64,000 bases of DNA, taken from NCBI GenBank assembly GCA_049516875.1, contig JBEKSS010000002.1, forward strand, positions 96,001 through 160,000, written 5' to 3'. The notes beneath the pieces are model-generated. The model worked only from the letters and a program-made list of their open reading frames with translations, had not been told where the DNA came from and did no database searches. Positions 1 to 11,390 of the stretch are shown one piece after another. How positions within the stretch are numbered: the first letter of the stretch is position 1; every line of letters starts with the position of its first letter. Origin of the DNA: Candidatus Bathyarchaeia archaeon (GTDB taxonomy: Archaea; Thermoproteota; Bathyarchaeia; Bathyarchaeales; Bathycorpusculaceae). A program made the position numbers and the translations under genes.

Positions 1-7
1 CGACTCA

Positions 8-595
8 TTGCGCTCTTTCAGCGCCGTTGCAGTCGACTACGACTCAAAGTATGAACAGTACACAAAGGATACACATCCCATTGTCCTAGCTGAACTTGAA
101 AAAATGTCATTCAGCTCCGTTTTGGATGTGAGCTGCGGCACTGGAACCATATTGTCTAGGATTTCAGCCAATGTTAAAAAGACTGGACTTGACATCTCTC
201 CTAAGATGATATATATGGCTAAACAAAAACTTGGCGACAGCGCCGATTTGGTTGTCGGCGACTCAGAGATGCTACCTTATGCCAACGGTTCATTTGATAT
301 GGTAACTTGCATTCTCGCTTTTCATCATTTCGAGCGGCCTGAAATCGTTGTGAAGGAGATGCATCGCGTGCTCAAAAAGGGTGGCAGTGTCATACTGTGC
401 GACATATACGAGCCGATTTTCTGGCGTCGCTTGCGTGCAAATATCTTTTTGCGGGCGTTCAGCGATAGTGGTGACTTACGTTTTTATTCGGAGAGAGAAA
501 TCAAATGGCTATTGAATAGAGTCGGCTTCCGATCCACCGTTTGGAAAAAGGCAGGGAAACGATTCACAGCGACAGGTGTTCGAAATTGGGCTTAA
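8..595 (+). CDS. Class I SAM-dependent methyltransferase (UbiE-like); may start upstream of the window
   Basis: VLDVSCGTG motif I, GLDIS, LPYANGSFDMV, EMHRVLKKGG. Confidence 0.85.
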   Translation: MRSFSAVAVDYDSKYEQYTKDTHPIVLAELEKMSFSSVLDVSCGTGTILSRISANVKKTGLDISPKMIYMAKQKLGDSADLVVGDSEMLPYANGSFDMVTCILAFHHFERPEIVVKEMHRVLKKGGSVILCDIYEPIFWRRLRANIFLRAFSDSGDLRFYSEREIKWLLNRVGFRSTVWKKAGKRFTATGVRNWA

Positions 596-982
596 CGCCG
601 TTAGTTGCGCGCGCGCGGATCTGTCCAGATTATAGTGGCGAAAGCCACGCCTTTGTAGCCGTAGCTGTCCATAATAGAAAGCGCGCGCTCATTTGAACGT
701 TGCACGTCGCTGTCATCGAAGGTTAATATAACATAGCCTTGAGAACCTTTTACTCTGACGGTGTTCAAGATAGGCGATCGATCGAGAAGTGAGTTCGATA
801 TAAGTCTTCAACTTTGTCCTGAGCTTTGAGTCTTTGGCAAAGTCTCTGACACCAAAATGGGCAGTTTCTGCTATTATCAGTTGCTCGTTATTGGTGCCAA
901 GAGGGTCTCCTTTTTCACCCCAGAGAACAGGTGTTGCTTTTCGATCGATCGCTCTCTGACATAATCTGAAACTGTGATTGTT

Positions 983-1243
983 TCATCTGTACTTCACCTT
1001 GAACATCAGGATACTGAACGCCTGAACAAAAACCAGAAAATTCGTGATTGTAACAGGTAAGTCCTTGATCAAAATCCCGTAAACAAACCACAGAAAAACA
1101 GCAACACAAAAAATCGAAAACATTCCTAAAGAAATGTCTTTCGTGGATTTCGTCTTCCAAGTCTTCATCAACTGAGGAAAAAAAGCAACAACTGTAATTG
1201 CCCCTGCCACCAAACCAACTATACTTATCAAATCCATCTTCAC
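983..1243 (-). CDS. SemiSWEET / PQ-loop transporter
   Basis: 86 aa, three TM helices, FFPQLMKTWKTKSTKDIS and LWFVYG motifs. Confidence 0.9.
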   Translation of the reverse strand: MKMDLISIVGLVAGAITVVAFFPQLMKTWKTKSTKDISLGMFSIFCVAVFLWFVYGILIKDLPVTITNFLVFVQAFSILMFKVKYR

Positions 1244-1376
1244 ACCACTCTTAGCGTTACCTGTCTCATTATATTTTTACTTTGGCCTATATTTAGTTCT
1301 GCTACAGGGTTCTTGCCTCGCGCTAATAGCGCGCGCTAACGCATCAGCATGGAACAGTATAAGAATAAGCGCACCT

Positions 1377-1694
1377 GTGCAAACGGAGATTTCAATTTTC
1401 ACCTATTCCTCCTCTAGCCTCGTCGGGTTTGAAGTTGAGATCAACGGATCCCTCACCGACTTTGAGGGGGAAGGAATATCTAACGCGGACATCGTCGTTT
1501 CATACAGCTTGCCAGACATCTCGGAATGGATCCCCTTCATTTTCACGACGACAGACTTTCAAGGTGACTACTATTCTCAGTGGATCCCACCATCAACAGG
1601 GGACTTCACACTCAAAGCAGAATGGGCGTGCGCTATACAACAGTATGGCGCGCTTACCGTGCTACCGTACTACCGTAAGAACCTATTACCATGA
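1377..1694 (+). pseudogene. Orphan Ig-like domain fragment of a surface protein
   Basis: VEINGSLTD..TTTDFQGDYYSQWIPPSTGDFTLKAEW beta-sandwich pattern; no signal peptide; pattern stops at gcgtgcgc (~1625). Confidence 0.5.
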
Positions 1695-1739
1695 GTAAGT
1701 GACTATGAATATGAATAGTGTAAGGAAGGACAATTTGAG

Positions 1740-2837
1740 ATGTTTCCATCAGTTTCTGTAGTTATTCTGAACTATAATGGCAGAGGAATTTTGGGCGAAC
1801 AATTGCTGTCTCGCTTCATATCTTCAGTGCTCTGCAGTAACTATCCCACTTTTGAAGTTCTTTTTTTTGACAATGGATCTACCGATGGCAGTGTCGAGTT
1901 CGTTAGAAAAAAATTTCGAGATAACTCTAGATTGAAAATTATCGTGAATCCCAAGAATGATGGTTATGCCCTAGGCAATAACTTGGCGGTAGGACATGCG
2001 CATGGCAAATACTTTGCTTTGTTAAACAATGACGCTGAAGTAGACAAGAACTGGATACTCGAGTTGGTAAAAATGTTGGAAAGTGACGCATCAATTGGAA
2101 TTGCACAAAGCAAGATTTTCTTTTTTGATCAAACTCATATCCAATCGGCAGGTAATCTACTAGACATGTCCTTGTCAGCCTACATAATCGGTCACAATGA
2201 GGAAGACAAAGGACAGTACGACAGAGTATGCGAAATAACTTTTGCCAGTGGAGCAGCGCTAATGATACGACGATCTTTGATTGACGAAATTGGCCTGTTT
2301 GACTCGAGCTACTTCTTTTATCATGACGATGCGGACTTAAGCTGGCGAGCTAGGCTAGCTGGATTTAAGATTGTATCGGTTCCCTCTTCAATTGTCTACC
2401 ATAAAGGTCAAGCTACCAGTTCAGCTACTTTCAAAAAGGGACAAGAGCGTCTTTTTGCCTTTTGTTGTCGTTTTGGTCTACTTGTAAAAAATTTGGAATT
2501 AAAGAATTTTCCAAAATTTTTGACTCTTATGTCTTTAATCTTTGGAATGGAGTGGTCGGGCCTAATTAATCAGGGTGATGCCGCAACTCCAAGACGATTT
2601 TTGGTTTGGGCAATAAGGAATTTTAGACATAATTGGGAACAGCGGATGTTGGTTCAAACGCGAATCAGAAAAGTCAGCGACGATACAGTGCTTAAGTCTT
2701 TCTTAAATTCCTCTCTTGTTGTACTCAGAATAACGCTGTGTCTTGATAAGCTTGTGGGTGGCCGAGCCGCCAAAGACTTCAACAAGATAGCGAATCGAAT
2801 AACTGATAATTACTACAGAAAACACCTGCGGAATTAG
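1740..2837 (+). CDS. Glycosyltransferase family 2
   Basis: VSVVILNYNG, DNGSTDGS, LLNND, GAALMIRR, DDADLSWR. Confidence 0.92.
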   Translation: MFPSVSVVILNYNGRGILGEQLLSRFISSVLCSNYPTFEVLFFDNGSTDGSVEFVRKKFRDNSRLKIIVNPKNDGYALGNNLAVGHAHGKYFALLNNDAEVDKNWILELVKMLESDASIGIAQSKIFFFDQTHIQSAGNLLDMSLSAYIIGHNEEDKGQYDRVCEITFASGAALMIRRSLIDEIGLFDSSYFFYHDDADLSWRARLAGFKIVSVPSSIVYHKGQATSSATFKKGQERLFAFCCRFGLLVKNLELKNFPKFLTLMSLIFGMEWSGLINQGDAATPRRFLVWAIRNFRHNWEQRMLVQTRIRKVSDDTVLKSFLNSSLVVLRITLCLDKLVGGRAAKDFNKIANRITDNYYRKHLRN

Positions 2838-3393
2838 CGCAAATGGTCTTTTCAGATAGATGCTGCTCACGCCATTTTATGAGACCTGTTATTTTTCTTA
2901 AACGTCAAGCGCGGAGCTCGCGCTCTTTACAGACACAGCAAATTCAGTATAGAAATCGTTGGATATTGGAACTAACATTTGGGCATTTCTGCTATTAATA
3001 TGCGCGCTGGCTTGTCCCTAAAATGGTTAAAAATGGTGTTTATTCTTCTTTTGCCTATTGGAGCTTAATTTGGGCTTGTTTGACGGGTAATCTTGACCGC
3101 GTTGAAAGATAACAAATCACGGGGTTCCATCAAAGCCGGATGGAAGCAGAGTTTTCCCATAAGCCGTTGAGGCTACATTTAGCCCGTCTGGAAAGTCAAG
3201 GCACACAGGAGGACTAAAAACACATATATGCCTCAAAATTGCCCCTAAACCCGAAAACAGGAATATTGACCATTTTACACCAATTTCGGGACAAGGCAGC
3301 GCGCTTCGACTTACGCGTCGGAATAGCCCAAGGACACAATCAAGGGATGGGTGCCATCGATCGTTCGACCATCCCAAATCAAACTATGAGGAA

Positions 3394-4773
3394 GTGTGGA
3401 ATCTGAAAATTCTTGAAGTTGTTCATGGCTTTCCTCCACGAAATGTAGCAGGAGTAGAGGTCCTGACACACAATCTGTCTAAGGAACTGGCCAAAAGGCA
3501 TGAGATCCATGTACTATACCCGATATATCTGAAGGGCGCAAGTAAGTGTTACATCAATTCATTCAAAGATAAAGAAGAGAAAATCGAAATTCACGAGCTA
3601 ACAATTGAAGAAAACATCTGGGATTATGCAAAAAGATTGCTCAGATTTGATCTGATTGACCTGTCGCATAAAAACAACAGAATTCGAAAGAAGTTTGAAG
3701 AATGTCTGGAAGAGATCCAACCAGATATCGTCCATTTTCAGCACTTAAAAGGCTTATCAATTGATCTTCCGCTTGTGGCTAAAAAACACTGCAGAGTAGT
3801 TCTAAGCTTAGCCGATTACTGGCCGATATGTCCAACAACACATTTTCTCAATTCTGACGGAGAGATTTGCAACAACCCGTCCCCGAAGAATTGCGGGAAA
3901 TGCCTCTCCACAATTTGGTGCAATCTTGTTAGCGCGCGACGCTTAATTAATCATCGCATCCTGAAGAAGACATATGAATCATATGGAGTCAACATAGCGC
4001 GCGCGCTAATCGCAAATAGGACAACTTGCCTAAAACAATCTGTAAAGTGCGCTGACAAACTACTTGTAGTGTCAGAAACCATAATTAGGAAATTCACCGA
4101 GAACGGATTTATTAACAACAGCGATCTCAAGGACGGCAAAGTTGCTCTCATACATCATGGAGTAGATACTCATAGTCTGAGCGAAGTGAGAAAAAACCCC
4201 TCGGACAACACGAGATTTGGTTATGTCGGTACTTTTGGGGAACGCAAAGGGTTGCATGTTTTGATTGAGGCTTTCAATAAATTAGGAGACGTAAGCGCTG
4301 AATTGAAGATATATGGTAGCAACATACTTGATCCATCCGGTAGATATCATGGATGCCTGATCAAAAAAAGCAAGAATAACCCAAAAATAAAATTCATGGG
4401 TCCATTCTATGACGTTAAAGACCCATATTCTAACGTTGACGTTTTGGTTGTCCCTTCTGTGACTTACGAAGGATATGGATCAGTCGTTCAAGAGGCTTTT
4501 GCGGCAAAGACTCCTGTAATTGCTTCCGACATAGGGGCCCTGAATGAATCTGTTGAGCATATGAAAAATGGATTGCTGTTTGAGGTAGGTAACTCGGATG
4601 ATTTAGCCAGAAAAATGCGTATGGTTGTTGAGAATCCTATTTTGTTGCGTCAACTTGCAAGAAGTGTTCCCTTTGTCAAATCCGTAGAACAGAATGCAAA
4701 GGAAATTGAAGAAGTTTATGAAGAAGTAATACACGGCAGAGGGAGAAGCGTGCGCTTTACGCCATTATTCTAA
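3394..4773 (+). CDS. Glycosyltransferase family 4
   Basis: VHGFPPRNVAGVE, PDIVHFQH, FGYVG..RKG, EGYGSVVQEA, PVIASDIG. Confidence 0.92.
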   Translation: MWNLKILEVVHGFPPRNVAGVEVLTHNLSKELAKRHEIHVLYPIYLKGASKCYINSFKDKEEKIEIHELTIEENIWDYAKRLLRFDLIDLSHKNNRIRKKFEECLEEIQPDIVHFQHLKGLSIDLPLVAKKHCRVVLSLADYWPICPTTHFLNSDGEICNNPSPKNCGKCLSTIWCNLVSARRLINHRILKKTYESYGVNIARALIANRTTCLKQSVKCADKLLVVSETIIRKFTENGFINNSDLKDGKVALIHHGVDTHSLSEVRKNPSDNTRFGYVGTFGERKGLHVLIEAFNKLGDVSAELKIYGSNILDPSGRYHGCLIKKSKNNPKIKFMGPFYDVKDPYSNVDVLVVPSVTYEGYGSVVQEAFAAKTPVIASDIGALNESVEHMKNGLLFEVGNSDDLARKMRMVVENPILLRQLARSVPFVKSVEQNAKEIEEVYEEVIHGRGRSVRFTPLF

Positions 4774-5124
4774 ATTCAGACAAAAAATAGATTCTAATAG
4801 TTTAGCTGGCGCGCCAAGTTCCGAAGCCAGTAGATTGGCTGCAATCATTATTCGATATTCATAACCGTTTTAACATTGGCGTGCGCTCGTTATTGACAAG
4901 TCTAGCTGCTTATATCATTTACGAATGGTGAATAAAGTGTGCGCTGTATGGATCAAGGTTGACGTAGCCTACTATGGATTAGCACTCACATTTGTGGGAA
5001 TCTTTATTAATGTTAAGAAGTCTGGAATAGTCTGGCAACTTGGAGAACCGTTCAGAGTGAACATCATGAAAAACAGGCTTAATACTAAGCTTGACAGGCA
5101 ATCAGTGTGGAAGGGTGTGAATGA

Positions 5125-6024
5125 TTGAGGATTCTAGTTACTGGTGCAGCTGGTTTCATTGGCAAACACTTGGTACGGAGGTTAATGGTCGACAGGCATG
5201 AAGTAATCGCATTTGACAGAAGGAGCTGTAGCTTAGGTACCCAGTCCGTTCAAGGAGATGTGGCCTCATTTGACTTCAGCAATATTCTAGAGGATGTTGA
5301 TGTAGTGTTTCACCTTGCCAGTCTTCTAGGCACTGCTGAGCTATTTCACAAAATCATTGAAGCAGAAAGGGTAAACGTTATTGGAACACTGAATTTGCTT
5401 GAAGCCATGCGAAAAAAAGATGTTGACACTATTGTATTTACTTCAAAACCGAATTTCTGGAAGGACAACGTGTACACAATTACAAAGGAAACGTGTGAAC
5501 GTTATCTGACGATGTACAGAAATGTCTACGGGTTCAACGCGGTCTTAGCAAGACCATTCAACGTTTACGGACCAGAAGAGTATCTAAGCGAATACAGAAA
5601 GGCAATACCTTACTTCGTCACAGCCGCCTTGAAAAATGAGACTATCGAAATTTTCGGCAATGGCGAACAAACTATGGATGCTATTTATGTTGATGATGCG
5701 ATTGAAGCTTTGGTCCGCTGTTCCATAGTACGTCCTAAAGAAGTCGTTGAGATAGGCAATGGCAAACCAGTAAAAGTGAAGTATTTGGCAGAAAAGACAA
5801 TCGACCTTTCGAATAGCAAATCCAAGTTGCTCTATATTCCCATGCGGAGAGGGGAGGCCGACGCCAAGGATGTCCATTCTAACGGCAATATTGAGCGATT
5901 AATTGGTTTCCTCCCCAAGATAAGGTTAGAGGATGGTCTCAAGAGAACCATAGACTGGTATTCAAAGCACCTCCAAGAATTCGACAATATTTACAAGTTC
6001 AAGGAAGAAGACTTTCAAACATGA
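5125..6024 (+). CDS. NAD-dependent epimerase/dehydratase
   Basis: ILVTGAAGFIG, YTITK catalytic motif, RPFNVYGP. Confidence 0.9.
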   Translation: MRILVTGAAGFIGKHLVRRLMVDRHEVIAFDRRSCSLGTQSVQGDVASFDFSNILEDVDVVFHLASLLGTAELFHKIIEAERVNVIGTLNLLEAMRKKDVDTIVFTSKPNFWKDNVYTITKETCERYLTMYRNVYGFNAVLARPFNVYGPEEYLSEYRKAIPYFVTAALKNETIEIFGNGEQTMDAIYVDDAIEALVRCSIVRPKEVVEIGNGKPVKVKYLAEKTIDLSNSKSKLLYIPMRRGEADAKDVHSNGNIERLIGFLPKIRLEDGLKRTIDWYSKHLQEFDNIYKFKEEDFQT

Positions 6025-6088
6025 AAGACACCCGCTTTCTTGAGCGCTTGTAATGCAACGCACTTTTCCTAGTTCGATCCGTCTTTTC

Positions 6089-7006
6089 CTAGATTAGGAA
6101 AACCCTTTCCATTGCACTGGTTTTCCACAATTGCAGGCGTTCGAGAACGACATGAACATAGGTGTAGGGTAATAATCGGAAATCGTCTGCAGTCCTGAAT
6201 CTTTTGAGGAATAGGTTAGCGAAGGTCAAAGGGGGAAAAACCGCTTTTGCTAGGCTTGAGGGGAAAAGTATCCGCCACAGCATAAATTTCCTTTCTCCAT
6301 GCTTCTTGAAGAGTAAGACTCTCTTCGCGATATTTGGGGCTGATTTGATGAGCATTGCCGGCGTTATAGTAACTCGGGGATGGTAAACGACCATATTTGT
6401 GTTGAAACCTATTTTGCCGTGTTCCATGACTCTCAAACCGAGGTCTCTGTCCGCGAGAGGACCCATCCTTTCGTCGAAACCTCCAACAGCTAAGACCACG
6501 TTCTTTGTGAAGGCCTCGTTGCCAGTCATGAATTGTCCTCCGGATCTGTTTTCCATGACGTGGTCCGAGAAGGTTGGCTCATAATCCTCGGACACGTACG
6601 TGATTTTTCCTTCCACCCCGATGCAGTCTTTGTGTTCCAAATATCTGAGACCTTCTTCTATCCAGTTCGGGGATACGGTGCAGTCGGCGTCAGTGAAGAA
6701 AATGTATTTTCCTTTCGCATATTCTAGGCCCTTGTTTCTGCTTTTGGCGATTTTGAGCCATTCTTTGTTTCTAATGTATCTTATTCGTTTGTCGTTGAAT
6801 TTCATGATTATGTTTGCGGTGTTGTCACTGCTCATGTCGTCGACCAAGACGATCTCAAAGTTCTGGAATGTCTGATTCAATAGTGAACCAAGGCAGTTTC
6901 CAATGTACTTTTCGGTATTTCTTGCGCACATTACGACACTGACATGTGGGTTCATCAGCGAAGCTCCAATAGCCGCCGGACGTGCCGTCAAACTTGGTTT
7001 ACTCAA
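6089..7006 (-). CDS. Glycosyltransferase family 2 (true start may be MNPHV near 6955)
   Basis: VSVVMCARN, VDDMSSD, FTDAD, GGFDE. Confidence 0.9.
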   Translation of the reverse strand: MSKPSLTARPAAIGASLMNPHVSVVMCARNTEKYIGNCLGSLLNQTFQNFEIVLVDDMSSDNTANIIMKFNDKRIRYIRNKEWLKIAKSRNKGLEYAKGKYIFFTDADCTVSPNWIEEGLRYLEHKDCIGVEGKITYVSEDYEPTFSDHVMENRSGGQFMTGNEAFTKNVVLAVGGFDERMGPLADRDLGLRVMEHGKIGFNTNMVVYHPRVTITPAMLIKSAPNIAKRVLLFKKHGERKFMLWRILFPSSLAKAVFPPLTFANLFLKRFRTADDFRLLPYTYVHVVLERLQLWKTSAMERVFLI

Positions 7007-7556
7007 TGGTTTCTATTCATCTATATATATCTATATACACGTCCAACCTCTTGGACTTGCAGATGCATCCTTTAATCGGACATTCAAATGACTTTGCGCG
7101 GTCAGCTCCGTTCTTCTCCTCTTCCGTCTCCGGTTGACAGAATCAAAGCCCTACGGACCTTTTTGAAGATTTCGGTAAGATCTAGTCTTATTCCATGACG
7201 TTGCATGCAGCCGATCCATCCATCTGTATGGCTTGAGCGTCGATCCAAACGGCACTAATGGCAACGATTTCGCGATTATAAATGAAGCTCAACAGATCAA
7301 GTTGATGTGAACCAAGATCGTCCAATGGGTCAACAGCGCCATGGATTGGCGACCAAGCCTGTATGTCGGTTATCATAACAAGCTGAGCTATTGATCGATC
7401 CTCGGAGACTTGCAGGAAAGGTGAAGCAATCGATCGCTCTTCTCCTAATCCTTGGACACTTTTGAATTAGCCTATGTATAAGCACTACAGGAACAGTATG
7501 TGGCTGAACACTTCCTCTCGTACTACGCATCATGCATTGTTGGTGGAGGGACGAAG

Positions 7557-8942
7557 TCAGAAGAAATCGGAGATCCGCGCGCACGCCGTTGAAGCCAGTG
7601 AAACAAACTCCGCGAAAAGCTCTGTGAGGTCACCTCTCTTTAGCGCGCGCAAGCGCTGTCGCATGTTTGATTGGCGCAGAATCTTCTCGAGTCTTTTCCT
7701 GTCGAAATATGGTGTGGCAACTTCGCATATGCCTCCTTCGTCCATATTTTTATACCAACCTTTTCGAATGATTTGTTCGTACAAGGGACTTGTTGGGTAA
7801 CCAACGTATATGTTTATCCACACCGTTGCATCGAAGGCATCAACTAGTTTAGCTCGCAACTCCAATGTTCTTTTCATCTCTTCTATGGTTTCTCCCGGTA
7901 TCCCAATCATCAAAGAAGCTCCCGTGTGGATACCAACTTGTTTGCAAAGCTTGAAAGCCTCCATAGATTGGCTAATTGTTATGCCCTTGTCTATCAGAGC
8001 AAGAACTCTGTTACACGCACTTTCAACGCCAAACCAGACACGTTCGCAACCAGCCTTCTTCATTGCAGTCAATAATTCATAGTCCACCAGATCGACTCTT
8101 GCCTCGCAAATCCAGGACAGATCCATTCTTTCTTCTCTCATCAAACGACAAAGATTCAGCACTCTTTTCCTGTTTACTGTGAAATTGTCCTCTCTAAAGT
8201 AGACTCCCCTTGTTTTGTAATTATCAATCAGAAAGCTCATATCTGAAACTATCCTCTCAGGACTAAAAGACCTGTAGGTTCTTCCCCAAACTGCTTGATT
8301 GCTGCAGAACCTGCAGTGAAATGGGCATCCTCTGGAGGTGTTAACGGCGTCGAGCGGATAAATGTCCACAAGATGATCTTTCCTCGGATATTTTTCCATA
8401 GGAAGAAGGTGCCATGCCGGAGGGGGTATGTCGTCCATGTTCCTTATCAAAGCTCGTGGAGGATTACAAGTGATACCAGCGTTTTTCTTGTAGCAGATTC
8501 CTTGGACTTCATTCAGGTTTCCATTCTTCTCAAGACACTTGATCAGTTCGACTATAGAATGCTCTCCTTCTCCTTGCACAACTATGTCCGCCTTCGTCCC
8601 AGACAAGGTTTCATAAGGTCTTAATGTCGGGTGAGGACCGCCCATTATTATTGGAACTTGGAAGACTTCCTTCAAGACGCTTGCCATTTTCTTGGCTTCA
8701 GAATAGACCGCAGATGTGCAACCTATGCCAATAACCTCAGGAGAGAATCTTCCTACCTTACCGACCAGCTCTTCTAGTTGAATCCGAAAAAGATTGTTGT
8801 CAAAGATCTTGACTTCATGACCAGCGTTCTCCAAAGCAGATGCAACAAATCCCAAGCCCAGCGGTGGCATTGCCCGGTCCTGCGCGCCAAGGGCAATCCT
8901 TCTTGATGGGGGTGGGGGCGGACTAATGAGAAGGGCTTTCAC
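7557..8942 (-). CDS. B12-binding radical SAM protein
   Basis: PPLGLGFVAS..GGPHPT cobalamin domain; SRGCPFHCRFC. Confidence 0.92.
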   Translation of the reverse strand: MKALLISPPPPPSRRIALGAQDRAMPPLGLGFVASALENAGHEVKIFDNNLFRIQLEELVGKVGRFSPEVIGIGCTSAVYSEAKKMASVLKEVFQVPIIMGGPHPTLRPYETLSGTKADIVVQGEGEHSIVELIKCLEKNGNLNEVQGICYKKNAGITCNPPRALIRNMDDIPPPAWHLLPMEKYPRKDHLVDIYPLDAVNTSRGCPFHCRFCSNQAVWGRTYRSFSPERIVSDMSFLIDNYKTRGVYFREDNFTVNRKRVLNLCRLMREERMDLSWICEARVDLVDYELLTAMKKAGCERVWFGVESACNRVLALIDKGITISQSMEAFKLCKQVGIHTGASLMIGIPGETIEEMKRTLELRAKLVDAFDATVWINIYVGYPTSPLYEQIIRKGWYKNMDEGGICEVATPYFDRKRLEKILRQSNMRQRLRALKRGDLTELFAEFVSLASTACARISDFF

Positions 8943-9433
8943 CTGTTTCAGTCACCAGATTTTTCCCGTTTATCTCTTCATCCTTCATATTTTACACTTG
9001 CAAGCATTTATGCATTATCTGCGGCGCGGGCGCCTCGCATTTTGGCGGGTTTGGGAACCTCTAACAAAGCGCAGATTGTAGGGGCGAGATCAATGATATG
9101 AGCATGTGCTTGTGCGCGCGCTAGCAACTAAACATCTAGGGAAATACTTGACACATATAATCGGCAAAGATTCTCGAACAGAAGCATCAACCCAAACGCA
9201 CAAAAGGGAGATCTTGTCCGGGAAACGTCCACAAAAGGCCAGCAATACCCCTTCTCGACTGTCTTGAGTGACAATAGCTTTCTTGACAGGTCTTTCTCCT
9301 TTTTGTTCGCTACCTTCCTCTTTTTCTGCAGTTACCAATAACTCATTCTTTGCTTCTAGAAACTCTGCAAACCTAGTACACGCTTTGTAATCGATCGATC
9401 GCTCTTTTTTCATACCGAAAAACACGTATGCTC

Positions 9434-10471
9434 TTAGATCGGAGAGGAAAATGATTTGACAACTTGATGCGTGTCGAGTGACTTTTCAATGCTCTCTAGG
9501 AGATTGATTGCCTTTCTCCCATCTTCAGGCCGCACAGGCGGAGGAACATCTTTCTTCATGCTTCTCAAATATTCGCTAATCAGATAGTAATGCCCAGCAA
9601 AATAGCCAAGCTTACCGCCAGCGCTTCTTAGTGCGATAGGTCGCGACGGCAAGTGATGCAGAATCCTTTTGACATCAGAATAGAGAGAGGCTCTCGCCAT
9701 TTCTTCAAGAGAAGGATTGCTATCTCCATCTATGAGATACCTTTTTCCGCCTGAAGTTTCGGCTTCGAAGATTGCTTCAGCATGCTTAGCAATAAATGAC
9801 ACTTCTATCAGGCCATAGGCTTGATTAGAGCTTTTCAAAAGCACGGCAAAATTATTGTAGACTTGAGTATTCACTTTGCTTCCAACTGCGTAGACTTCAG
9901 ATATGCCTTTCAAGAAGTGCAACTGTAAATATGCCATATGAACGCCTGCCTCCCAAAGAACACCCTTTTCTTCAGGCGATAAATTCCACTTGGGTGCTGT
10001 TACTAGGGTGGGGTTCTCCTTGAGCGAAGTTCGACAATAGACGATGTGACGACCTCCAGAATCAATGATGGACCTGGCTTGTCGAATAGCTGGGAAGAAA
10101 ATCTGGTTGTGGCAAACACAAAGCTTGACTCCCTGCCTTTTTGTTACAAGTATCATTCTGTCACATTCCTCGACGCTGAGTGCCATAGGTTTTTCAACCA
10201 ATATATTGTGCCCAGACTTAGCCGCATCAACCACTATCGACGCATGGGTTGATGTAGGTGTACAAATATCAACCAGATCAAGGTCCTTAATCTCCAGAAG
10301 ATCCACATATTCCGAGAAGAATCTGTTCACTCCAAATCTCCCTGCAGCGGCTTTGGCCTTGGTCAGATTTATGTCCGCAACGGCAACTACTTTTGCATCT
10401 TTTATATTCTGGTAAACCCGCAAGTGATTCTGCGCTACTCCACCACAACCTATAAGACCTACATTCATCAA
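9434..10471 (-). CDS. Gfo/Idh/MocA oxidoreductase
   Basis: VGLIGCGGVA, ICTPTSTH, VEKPMA. Confidence 0.92.
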   Translation of the reverse strand: MMNVGLIGCGGVAQNHLRVYQNIKDAKVVAVADINLTKAKAAAGRFGVNRFFSEYVDLLEIKDLDLVDICTPTSTHASIVVDAAKSGHNILVEKPMALSVEECDRMILVTKRQGVKLCVCHNQIFFPAIRQARSIIDSGGRHIVYCRTSLKENPTLVTAPKWNLSPEEKGVLWEAGVHMAYLQLHFLKGISEVYAVGSKVNTQVYNNFAVLLKSSNQAYGLIEVSFIAKHAEAIFEAETSGGKRYLIDGDSNPSLEEMARASLYSDVKRILHHLPSRPIALRSAGGKLGYFAGHYYLISEYLRSMKKDVPPPVRPEDGRKAINLLESIEKSLDTHQVVKSFSSPI

Positions 10472-10653
10472 GACACCACTTTCATAATTTCCACCATAGA
10501 CTCGCGCGAGCTTATGCAGACCTATTATGCGGCGAATTACGTATAAGAGAGTTTGGGAATGGATCGATCATATTATCTGCGACGTAGAACGGTGACGTAG
10601 GCGATCGATCGTTCGGTTTTGTTTCGATAAGGGAAGCGCGCGCTTTTGTTTCG

Positions 10654-11095
10654 TTAGGGTCTAAGGGCGGTCATTAGTTTTTCGATGATGTCTAGTACGA
10701 AGTTCGTCAAGCATCGAAGTGGGCCGAGGAGGGTCATGGTTTCTCGTATGGTGTCGACGTCGCTTCGGGTGATCGCTCCTGTGAGGATGATAGCGATGAG
10801 GAAGAGGAAGAGGAACACGATTGCGCCAGCGACGAGTGCGATCAAGTTGCTGAAGGCTAGTTGGGTGATGAGAGCATAGGTGATTGCCGAGGCTGTGCGA
10901 CCTGATCGATCGATCGCGCGATAGGAGTATTTTGGCGGAGGACTCCCAGTCTACGGTTACGTCGTATTGTCTTTTTAGCCAGCGTAGTGCGACTATGAGG
11001 CTAGGGATGCCGGCTGTAAGCGTGGTGACAATTAAGCCGAGGATACCGAATCTGGAGATGAAAACGATGCTTAAGGGGAAGCCGATGCCGAACGT
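10654..11095 (-). pseudogene. C-terminal remnant of a Wzx-type flippase (paralog of 20175-21803)
   Basis: Two frames: GIGFPLS..FGILG..AGIPSL..WLKRQY..WESSAKILLS, then TASAITY..GAITRSDVDTIRE; both align by eye to the intact flippase C-terminus; frameshift at 10904-10922. Confidence 0.8.
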
Positions 11096-11203
11096 GATCG
11101 ATCGATGTTACGTGCAACCAAGACAAAAAAGACGGCGTTGAAGGGGACGAATGGCAAGCGCCTCTCCCGTCAGGCTTTCCGTTTGCAAATCCGTCGATCG
11201 ATC

Positions 11204-11390
11204 CTGCTCCTCTAGCTCACTCCTACCAAGTACATGAACCTCGAACTGTTGAACGCGACCGCGTCTTCAAACCTTGAAAACATAGAGTCCTCTCTAGCAA
11301 TGAAACATCTAGCAAAGGCATCTACCTACCGCCAAAACGCCTCAAAGACTACGAGTCTGGCCTGGTTTTCATCCCACGGAAGGCAGGCGA
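11204..11390 (+). pseudogene. Internal remnant of a paralog of the 17066-17890 membrane protein
   Basis: LL*LTPTKYMNLELLNA, frameshift, then KGIYLPPKRLKDYESGLVFIP versus LLYIKPERYAKKTLLEA..KGDATYLPPKYFTDPE in the intact gene. Confidence 0.65.
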
